Of a stretch of 64,000 bases of DNA, positions 54,991-64,000 are shown one piece after another (the stretch's first letter is position 1; each line of letters opens with the position of its first letter). Source of the stretch: Eledone cirrhosa (taxonomy: Eukaryota). Below the pieces are notes generated by a model, which saw only the letters and a program-made list of their open reading frames with translations, did no database searches and was not told the origin of the DNA. The position numbers were made by a program, and so were the translations under genes. Location of the stretch: the NCBI GenBank assembly GCA_964016885.1, contig OZ024750.1:41230001-41294000 (forward strand), in the 5' to 3' direction.

Positions 54991-55363
54991 CATAATTATT
55001 ATTTATTTTTATTTTTAGTAATAATAATAATTGTTTCTGTATTTTCTCAAATAAAAAGCAATAACTAAGAAATTGTCAATTATATTTTTATTTTAGGGGT
55101 TGTTAAAAAGCTCGCCTAAAACACTAATAGGACAGTTTGATGTTTACAACACACTTATGGAAACTAAAGCACGTAAACAAACTACCTTCCTTGCTGCCCA
55201 CAAATACTGTTAGACACATTCCAAATCAACGCTTTACTAAAAAAAACTTTACTTATTTTACATCTTAACTGACTTTTTCCGTCTAGTCGACTTATACGCC
55301 TGGTTTATGTTATTTAGTCAAATTTACTGTGTGCGAATATATATATATATATATATATATATT

Positions 55364-55539
55364 AACGTTTGAATATGTGTAATAAGGCCAAAACAATGCA
55401 GTTATGGACATAGAAAAAGGAATGCATTAAATAAATTCAAGGTGAAAGACGAATTCTCATCAATATCTTTCACTATTGCATTCCTTTTTCTATGTCCATA
55501 ACTGCATTGTTTTGGCCTTATTACACATATTCAAACGTT
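55364..55539. repeat. Perfect 63-bp inverted repeat (fold-back cassette) between (TA)n tracts
   Basis: Arms 55364-55426 and 55477-55539 are exact reverse complements; inner stem GTGAAAGA/TCTTTCAC. Confidence 0.95.
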
Positions 55540-55581
55540 TATACCTCATTACACAATGCTTCAAGTGAACTATAACCTCCT

Positions 55582-55642
<61 letters not shown>

Positions 55643-55660
55643 TATATATATAAACACGCA

Positions 55661-55735
55661 CAGAGGTAAAATTCCGTTATAACGAATTTTGTTTAACCCC
55701 CCCCCCGTGAATTTCGTTATAACGGAATTTCACTA
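55661..55735. mobile_element. Tiny Tigger/pogo-like MITE
   Basis: AAATTCCGTTATAACGAA ... TTCGTTATAACGGAATTT inverted repeat. Confidence 0.55.
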
Positions 55736-55750
55736 AGATATATATATTAT

Positions 55751-55830
55751 TAAGGCTGAATAGTAAATCTTGTTACTCTGGAGTTTCGCTTGTTTACCAG
55801 TCATCAGACAAGACTCATTATTTAGCCTTA
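55751..55830 (-). ncRNA. Hammerhead-ribozyme-like motif with extended stem I (Penelope-like)
   Basis: Minus: TAAGGCTAAATAATGAGTCTTGT-CTGATGA-CTGGTAAACAAGC-GAAA-CTCCAGAG-TA-ACAAGATTTACTATTCAGCCTTA; the G10.1 of stem II appears deleted. Confidence 0.7.
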
Positions 55831-56217
55831 ATAAAATGAATTTTAAAACTCTACTTCGGTATTGAGTACTCCTTTCTCTCAGCCATCAACTACATACGTG
55901 TATATGTATGTGTATATATATATATATGGAAAATTCGGGACCCCGACGGCTGAGCTCCTGCCGTTTCAACAGCTAAACCCAAAGTATCGAGTACTCTGGT
56001 GAGTAATGACCTAACTGGTTTTTACTGCATCCATTGATATAAAAATATTTATACAAAGCTCAAATGTATGTAGAGAATTATATATGGTAGTATACAGTTG
56101 CCAAGTAGTTTCAGAATAAACTCTGTGTTTATTATATTGTTGGTCTGAAGAAAAATTAGATTGTTTGGGGAAGAAAAAGTTGGAAAGGCAGACACAAACA
56201 GAACAAATATAATCAAA

Positions 56218-56260
<43 letters not shown>

Positions 56261-56380
56261 TTAACAGTGTGTAACCATTTCTTCACCAATGTGAATATAA
56301 ATGTACACATACTTAATGTGTAGGCATGTAATCATGTCAGAGAATACGAATTTCCCTGTAAATTGAAAAAGAAATGATAA

Positions 56381-56429
56381 ACACCTTTAATCGATTTTCG
56401 AACCTAGTTGGACCCTCATCAGAAGGCGT
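56381..56429 (-). ncRNA. Minimal type-I hammerhead ribozyme (Penelope-like)
   Basis: Minus: ACGCCTT-CTGATGA-GGGTC caacta GGTTC-GAAA-ATCGAT-TA-AAGGTGT; complete core, palindromic stem III, UUA cleavage triplet. Confidence 0.75.
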
Positions 56430-56571
56430 ATATATCATCCTAACCACCACAAGGATACACTTGTCATATGTATTGGTACATACATACATACACATATATA
56501 CGTGTGTGTGTGTGTGTGTGTGTGTGTCAATATCTGTCACAAGTGCTGGACAGTAAACAAATATATTTATT

Positions 56572-56611
<40 letters not shown>

Positions 56612-56857
56612 ATTACATGAAGTCAAAGAAAATTAATAGAAATAAAACTTCTTTAAGAACAGCTCGTATGAATGAACTAACATCATAAAAGAAGTAATGT
56701 CATTTTTAGCTGTCAAAAATGTAAGTGACCTCGAAGTCATTAATCTATTAATTATGTAAGAAGAATAAAACGGATGCAAAATTTGCCAGATGCAAATATT
56801 ACAGCCTAAAAAGGCTAAACATTAAAATGGAAAAAAGACTAAAATAATGTCACTTAC

Positions 56858-56897
56858 CCGATAAATAGTTAGTCCACTTAAATAACGTACCCTCCAT
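56858..56897 (-). CDS. PLEKHA8: First coding exon of a PLEKHA8/PLEKHA3 (FAPP2/FAPP1)-like PH-domain protein
   Basis: ATG at 56897-56895 gives MEGTLFKWTNYLS-G (40 nt) followed by donor GTAAGT; matches the FAPP N-terminus MEGVLYKWTNYL(S/T)GWQPRWF. PLEKHA8 versus PLEKHA3 cannot be resolved from 13 aa. Confidence 0.85.
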
Positions 56898-57560
56898 GAT
56901 TCTCTCACAATACACGTCACATTACTGAGTTAGCAGTTTTTAAACAGTTGTTTCGTATTCTATCGGTCAGATGCGGAAAAGTTCCGAGTAGAATACTTTT
57001 CTCGCGGTGTCTTTTTCTATTGCAACACCGTCTCACATGTTAAATGTTACAGTTAACTGACGGAATGAGAGATGTTTTGTTTTTATTCATATAAACTGTA
57101 CAATATATATATGTAGCAATAAAGAAGGGAAAAAAAAAGAAATTAGGCAAAGGAAAAGGATAAAGAAGAGAACGACAGACTCTACATCCCAGTCTGAGCG
57201 GTATGAATTGCCGCAGAGAATGGCCAGCGACACCTGCTGCACCAGTCACCCCCACCTGGCGCGAGTTGTTATTTTTCCGATGTTACGAGGTGGGGGTGGT
57301 GAATAACTGTTGGGTGACCGAGGACACCTGAGGTCTCGATATTGCGTGAAAAGGAAGCGGCCAGTTAATAGTTTCTCATATGCTAGAAAGAGTTACCTGC
57401 TCTTACATACTATTAAAACTAGTTCATCTGCAAGAGAAGTTTCCTTTAGAAATGTGACGATCATATCTACATATACCGCACCAATATTGATTGTGGAAGC
57501 AGTGGATTGACATCGTTGAAATGTATTTCGAAACAGCAGCACGGAAGAAAGCGTTCTTTA
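56898..57560 (-). promoter_or_regulatory. Putative 5' UTR and promoter of the FAPP-like gene
   Basis: Non-repetitive and CpG-richer than its surroundings; ETS-like GGAAG, three CACCTG E-boxes; directly upstream of the ATG. TSS unknown. Confidence 0.5.
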
Positions 57561-58423
57561 TTTACTCTGGAACCATTTCTTTAATACAAATTTAAAGTTT
57601 CTTTGTTTTTATTGAATAAATGATTGAAAAGAATTCTCAATCATTTTATTCGGCAAGTCACGGGTAACAACGAAGCTAGTACCCTTACGGGCAATACTTG
57701 ATACTTTGGAAAAGTGAGCCGCCAGCGATGACAGGAACTTCGTTCTTAGCGGCCTAGTGCATTACTGGTACTTCCTTTTTATCGATCCCGTAAGGATAAA
57801 AGACAAAGCTAACTTCAGCAGGATTTGAACTCAGAACGCGGATTAATAACGAAGAAGCATCAACGATGAGATTATCTTTTAAATATTCATACTACCAAAT
57901 ATAGACCAAACAGGTTAAATGTTATGAAAACAAAGAAAATTTCACTTTGGTTAATAAAATAATTCTGCCAAATCTACAAGTGGAGATTCCACCGAAACGG
58001 ATGTTGTTTTCGCCATCCCGAGGAACACTGACCTTAGACGAACTTTTGTTGAGTGGGGCATATTTTCGGAGGTTTACCGATATTGGTATCTAGTAGCTTC
58101 CTAGTCAACAAATGTGGCATATTTGGGGTTGTCGCTTATGAAGGAGATGAACGAAGCTCAATGTAAAAATCCTTAAACGGTTAAAAACCTTTAAAGACCC
58201 CCAATTGGAAATGTAAATAATTCTGAAAAAAAAAAAAATAAAAGAAAGTAAATTAATTTTTAAAATAAACAATTCTTTTTTTTTTTTTTTTATGAAATTA
58301 TACGTAAATTGTATGACTATAATATTGTTTAAGTGGTTGGGAAGAGTTAGCTCCCTTTATTGGAGTTATGAGAAAGAAAACTTGTCGACCATTGTGCTTG
58401 TAAGTCAGATTTCAGATAACATT

Positions 58424-59366
58424 GTGTTTTTATTTTCATTCTGAAAGAACTGTGAACAATTTATGTTATTTATACAACTGTGAATAAAAAAAATTGTAAT
58501 TGACAGGTTTTTTTTAAAATAAACTCGGAGTAAATTATTCGATTCTGTTCAGCTAAAGTTCCTTTCGTCTTTCTTAAACATTTTCGCTCCATAAAATATA
58601 TAACTTTACTGCAACAACTTTATTTGATACGGTTTATCGCCTCTTCTCAACCTCTTTCATCATAATTATCTTAATAATACATATTTTTTAATGAAATTTT
58701 GCAGAGATGGGTTTTTTATTATTCACAGTTGTATGAATAATGTCAACTTATGGACTGGACTTGATCTTTGCTCTTTTAAACTCTGCTGTTGGTGATCGAA
58801 CTTTATGGAGAATAATATCTCATGTTGATGCGCAGTCTGCAACTGGCGGAGTTTAGCGCTTTATTATTAAATAACATTACAAATGAGAAAGGAAAAAGAA
58901 AGAAAAAACACAATCAGGTAATACATACATCTAGGACGACCATATACAACAAAAGGCAGGCGAAAGGAGTAGACAAACAAGCTGCTACCATAGCAAAGAT
59001 AACAACATCGCGATGATTTTTGAGGCAAGCCAACACGCTCACAGCGTTACCTCGTGTGATGGCGAGGCTGAGGTGCTCGAGCAACCAAGCGCCCTCGCGA
59101 GCATCACCAGTTATCTCTGTTTGGCAAGCCACCAGTGAAGATGAGAACCTCGCAGTCAGTAGAGCGACTTCCGATACGTTTTTTGAAAGTCTAAATTGCG
59201 ATTACTAGGAAATGGAGACGGGGTAATTCTTTCTTGTATAGTTCCAGTTGTTAATCCTTTCAAGGAATTCTTTTGATCTGTTTGATAAACAAAATATTGT
59301 ATTCACAGTTGTATAAATAACGTTAAAAATTGTTTATAATCCTTACAGAATGAAAGTATAAGCATA
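58424..59366. mobile_element. Degenerate inverted-repeat element, probably a non-autonomous DNA transposon
   Basis: TTTCATTCTG...GTTATTTATACAACTGTGAATA (~58434-58487) inverted at ~59300-59355, with a third partial copy at ~58719. Confidence 0.5.
58870..59210 (-). mobile_element. CRE-clade (restriction-like endonuclease) LINE 3' end
   Basis: TGDAREGAWLLEHLSLAITRGNAVSVL resembles the CRE C-terminal motif (QRLSxAIQRGNA). Confidence 0.7.
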
Positions 59367-59569
59367 AATACTATGTATATACAATTAATTATTGCTAGGA
59401 ACCTTATAAATGTAATACATAAAAATATATAATCAAAGCCAGAGAAAAAACAACAATACTGTCAGATTTTCAATAACTATGATTTTACCAACATAACCAT
59501 AAACTACTCCTTTGAAAATGTATCGTTGCAAAATTTCATTATAAAATATGAGATTTGTTTTGATAATAA

Positions 59570-61516
59570 TAATAATGAAATTATTGTTTACAGTGCTCAG
59601 GTGCAGTACAACTCATCAAAGGTGCATGTATAGTACATAGAATAATGTACAAATGTCAGGAAAATAAACAGTGTATGAGTCATGAAATACATGTGTGCGT
59701 GTGTATGGAGGGGGGGACATCAGGTGCAGTGTTGGCGAATCTCAAGAAGCATGGAGGTTTTAAAGGATGCAGTGTCTCGACAGCTAACAACTGATGCAGG
59801 TAGTTTGTTCCACGGAGGTTTTAAAGGATGCAGTGTCTCGACAGCTAACAACTGATGCAGGTAGTTTGTTCCATGCTTCAGCAACTCTGAGCGTGAAAAA
59901 ATGTTTCCAAAAATCATGGGAGCTGTGCTGTTTTCTGACTTAGTAGGCATGCTCACGTGTGTTAGACACATGGAAATCAAAAAGGTGCTCAGGGTTGTTG
60001 TTGGCAAGATGGTTAATAATGTTGTGGGTGTTTACCAAGTCAGTTACCAGTCATCGGAGCTTCAATGTATCCATGCTCAGGGAAGCAAAGCGTTCAGAGT
60101 ATGGTAGATTTCTGATGGAGGATATTCGCTTGGTTGCACGTCTCTGAACAGTTTCCAGGAGGTCAATATTCTGAGCATGAGCACGATAGGGGTTCCAGAC
60201 TGGTGAGGCAAATTCCAAGTGTGGCCGCACCATAGCTATATACAGCTTTAAATAGATAGCTGGAGAGCGGCTGACAAAGGTTTTGCTCAGTAATGCTAAG
60301 ACACCCTTGGCCTTCTTGACAATTTTAGAGACGTGCTTCGTCCAATGCAAATCGCTGCTGACTAATGCCCAGGTCACGTTCACAAGAAGACTTCTTGATA
60401 TTAGTGTTGTGGACGCTGGGTTTTTACTCCCAAAATGCATGGTGGTACACTTGTCCACAACCAACTTGAGTTGCCAGTCCATGATCCATAGTTGCATTGT
60501 GTCCAGGTCTGATTGCAGGAAAGATCTAGTGTTCAGGATCTATCCTTTTTATCTCAAGATACAGCTTGATGTCATCTGCATATTTCAGTACTGTGGCATT
60601 CTTTAAGTTGGTATCTATGTCAATATATGCCACAAACAAAAGGGGACCAAGAACAGATCCTTGTGGTACACCAGATGACATCTCATACGGTAGGGAATGC
60701 TGTCCTAGAACCATGACTACCTCTCTTTGACTGAGAATGAAGGACTTTAACCAGTTAAAAAGATCATCCTTCACACTCATTGCAGAGAGTTTTGCTATAA
60801 GTCTTTTGTGTGGCACAGTTTTGAAAGCTTTAGCAAAGTCAAGGTAAATAACATCCACCCATGAGCCGCCATCAGGGATCCGGGTGATGTCTTTAAGAAA
60901 ATTGATAAGTTGATCACAGCAGCTGGAGTTAGGGCTAAATCAAAATTGCGAGAGCCAGATAAGACTGTGAGAGTTCCAGAAGTTCCAAAGTGTTTCTCTG
61001 ACACAGGATTCCATCTATTTGGCAATGCAGCTAGTAAGACTGACTGGACAATAGTTGACAGGTGATGTGCAGTCACCCTTTTTGAACAGGAATGACACTG
61101 GCAGTTTTCCACTGCTCTGGAGTAGCACTGTTGTTTAGACAGAATTGAAAGAAAAGTGATAGCTGGTGCAGAAGGAAGTACCCACCACATTTGAGAAGCA
61201 GGTATGTGACACCATCAAGACCAGGAGAGACATGGTTGCATTTATTTTTAAGGTGACGTCGCAGCATTGCAGGTGTAAATTTCATAGTTGTAATAGAATT
61301 TGATGTCAGAGGTGGTGGAGATGGTACATTTTGGTCTTTAACAGTGAAAATGCCTGCATAGCATTCAGCAATGAGTTCTGTGCATTCCTTGGGGTCATCA
61401 GTAATCTGGCTTGTATGGGGATTGCGAAGAGGACCAACTGGAGAGTGAGGCCTCTACTTTGAGTATACATATTTCCAGAACACCTTACTGTCAGGGCTGG
61501 TTGCTATTACTTTCAA
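59570..61516 (-). mobile_element. CR1-clade LINE, decayed RT region and 3' end
   Basis: WKTASVIPV, DVIYLDFAKAF, SGVPQGSVLGPLLF, YADD, VRPHLEFASPVW, LETVQRRATK, WNKLP; many frameshifts; 61-bp internal tandem duplication at 59753-59873. Confidence 0.92.
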
Positions 61517-62230
61517 GGGCGGTGGATTGGCAGTATTGTTAGAGGGTCGGACGCTATGCTATGCTTTGCAGCAAAGAGTTACAACCCTTTATAGTCTGAG
61601 TTCAAATCCTGCCAAGGTTTACTTTGCCTTTCATCCTTACGGGGAGGATAAAATAAAGTACCAGTAATACACTGGGATAATTGCTGGCCTTGTGCCCAAA
61701 GTAGAAACAATTATTTTCATGTGCTTTATTTTAGCAAAATGTTTATTGTTAACCATTTTTTTTTCTTTGTTTTATTTAATCAACTGCTCCAATTATTTCA
61801 AGAAATGAATAGTGAGGACAGAATTCGCAGAAGGTAAGGATTTTTTCTCCTTATTATTATTTGGCAGTATCGGTAGAGGGTCGGACGCCATGCTTTCCAG
61901 CATAGTTACGTCCCTTTATGATCTGAGTTCAAATCCCGCCGAGGTTGACTTTGCCTTTCATCCTTACGGGGTTGATAAAATAAAGTACCAGTAATGCACT
62001 GGGATAATTGCTGGCCTTGTGCCTAAAGTAGAAACAATTATTATTATGGTAGAGTGTCAGCTAACATGCTTTGTGACATATAGTTATTGCCCCTTTACAT
62101 TCTTAACTTTGCTTTTCATCCTTATGTGGTCAATAAAATTAAGCACCAGTAATGCACTGGGGTTGATTTAATTGATTTTTCCCTTCACCCAAAATTACTG
62201 GCCTTGTGCCTAAATAAGAGACCATTATTA
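61517..62230 (+). mobile_element. Three tandem SINE family A copies (61517-61716, 61861-62046, 62047-62230)
   Basis: TGGCAGTAT..GTAGAG A-box region, GTTCAAATCC B box, conserved central domain, (ATT)n tails. Confidence 0.9.
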
Positions 62231-62319
62231 TTTTTTTATAAGGGGGTTCCAAATTGACCCCTGGGTATGCTCCCATTATCGGGGATTTCTTTTGTTATGA
62301 ATTGTTTTTGTTTCTTTGT

Positions 62320-62500
62320 TATTTATTATCTTTTCTTTGTACCCATGAGTTTGGCCCTTCCTTACATCATCCCAGGTTTTCTTAGGTTTTCCCCTGTTTC
62401 CAATGGCTCCTTTCACTTCAAGTGCCCTGCATTTCTTTATGCAGCTGTCATCCTTCATATGCCTCATTTCTTTCCAATCTTCATAGAGATGAGGCGAGCA
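62320..62500 (-). mobile_element. RTE LINE 3' fragment
   Basis: HMKDDSCIKKCRALEVKG..RGKPKKTWDDVV-like motif. Confidence 0.7.
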
Positions 62501-62509
62501 TGCTCCAAT

Positions 62510-62540
<31 letters not shown>

Positions 62541-62562
62541 GTATATATGTGTGTATGTGTGT

Positions 62563-64000
62563 GGCAGTCGCAGCAGAGACATTAAAGGCATCCAAAGTTA
62601 AGACATGGGAGGATTTTTGGGTTAAGCTGGGACTCGACTTCAGATCAGCAAATAAAGTGTTCTGGTAGACCATCTGCCAACTTTGTAATAAGAATTCCTC
62701 CTCCACACCAGATACCAGGAACACAGCTGAGGTTCTTCTCATTTCAGAGCAAGGGGGTGAGAATACTTTGCTGATTTCCTAAACTTGATCACAACAGCAT
62801 CTTCTGATGTACATGAGATGTATCTGGGAGTGGGGACTAATCTGTCAGAGGCTGAGGTCACATGAACAATTAATTGTTTCTACTTTAGGCACAAGGCCAG
62901 CAATTACCCAGTACATTACTGGTACTTTATTTTATCGACCCCGTAAGGATGAAAGGCAAAGTTAACCTTGGCGGGATTTGAACTCAGACCGTAAAGGGAC
63001 GTAACTATGTTAGAAAGCATGGCGTCCAACCCTCTACCGATACTGCCAATCCATCACCCTGAACAATTAATGAGCTCAAATATGACAAGGCCTCTGGGGA
63101 TGATGAAATTTGGTCCAAGAAGGTACTCTCTGGCTGACTCGTGTGTGGTTGGTGGCCTGGATCTCTGGAAAGGCAATGGTAAACGGGAATGATGATCCCT
63201 ATTTTCAGAAAGGGAGATGAGAGATTGCTCCAAGTACAAAAGGATCACCTTGTTAAGTTTCCTCAGTAAAGTCTATTCTAAGTGTTTGGCAAAGAGATAT
63301 AAGGAGTTTATCAAGTCCAAGCTAGCTGATGAATAGTTTGATTTTCACCTCGGATGCAGCATAGCCAACCAAATATTCACACTGCAGTAGAGAAATCATG
63401 GGAGTACTGCCAAGAGGTGTATTCTTGCTTTGTAGACTTCGAAAAGACATATGACCGTGTTCTATTGGAGCTGCTGTGGAAGGCAGTATGGGATCGATGG
63501 ACAGCTTCTTGTTGCCTTGATGTCTCTATACAAATGCCTGAGTATTTGTGTTCAGAAAATGGTGCTAAATCGAAACCATTCAATGTTGGAGTTAGAGTTG
63601 GACTCTGTTAAAAGTATGTAGTGTTACCTCTCCTGTTCATAATCTTCATGAATAGAATTGACATGCACAGCTGGTTTGGAAATGGTATGACAACTGCCAA
63701 GTACTGCACAGCAGGAATGATAATCAATGCTGTGAAGACTGGGACAGAGGTCCTCTCAAGGAAGCCTGCACATTTCACTCTACATGGAGTTCCACTGAAG
63801 CAGATGGAGAAGTTCAATTATCTCAGGGCCGTGTTCATGACTGATGGAAGGCAGAAGCTGAATTAAGAGCAAGAATTGCAGGAGCTGGTGCAGTATTTGG
63901 TAATCAGAAGAAAGGACGTAGGCGTAGAAGCCTTCAATTCGGTATACATGCCAACCCTTACCTATGGTCATGAATGTTTGGTAATGACCAAAAGAATACG
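62563..64000 (+). mobile_element. Rex3/Expander-like RTE LINE, decayed, runs past window end
   Basis: KVKTWEDFWVKLGLDFRSANKVFW; KSWEYCQEVYSCFVDFEKTYDRV; PLLFIIFMNRI; MEKFNYL; PTLTYGHE. Confidence 0.85.
62875..63059 (-). mobile_element. Young full-length SINE family A inserted into the RTE element
   Basis: 12-bp TSD TGAACAATTAAT at 62863-62874 and 63060-63071. Confidence 0.92.

Noticed and set aside
53755-55200. AG|GTAGTT donor-like sites near 53762 and 55185 as alternative first exons
   Set aside because: Non-consensus donors with no supporting coding or promoter evidence.

Overview
Repeat-dominated animal genomic DNA, probably cephalopod (Octopus-like). This is inferred from the SINE, RTE and piggyBac-MITE repertoire and the (TA)n/(CA)n/(GAT)n microsatellites. 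The only host gene I can support is the 40-nt first coding exon of a PLEKHA8/PLEKHA3 (FAPP2/FAPP1)-like PH-domain gene on the minus strand (56858-56897, MEGTLFKWTNYLS-G, donor GTAAGT). I found no second exon, so positions 1-56857 may all be one very large first intron. That interval holds three tandem arrays: ~19 bp (>11 kb), 32 bp (~18 kb) and 26 bp (~3.2 kb). It also holds many tRNA-derived SINEs, RTE, Vingi-like and Tx1-like LINE fragments, mariner/Tigger/piggyBac MITEs and a non-autonomous Helitron; CR1, CRE and Rex3-like LINE relics lie upstream of the gene. The most interesting signals are: (i) sequence-unrelated cassettes in (TA)n tracts carrying minimal type-I hammerhead ribozyme cores, several at the tip of long fold-back hairpins; (ii) a young Tx1-like LINE inserted with a 22-bp TSD into the 32-bp satellite; (iii) a 26-bp satellite whose unit carries a CAG|GT 5' splice-site-like motif, i.e. 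a U1 5'-end mimic on the gene's sense strand; (iv) a 10-bp core shared by two different satellites. No CRISPR array, rRNA or true tRNA gene was seen. Most supplied ORFs are repeat artefacts or decayed transposon fragments.
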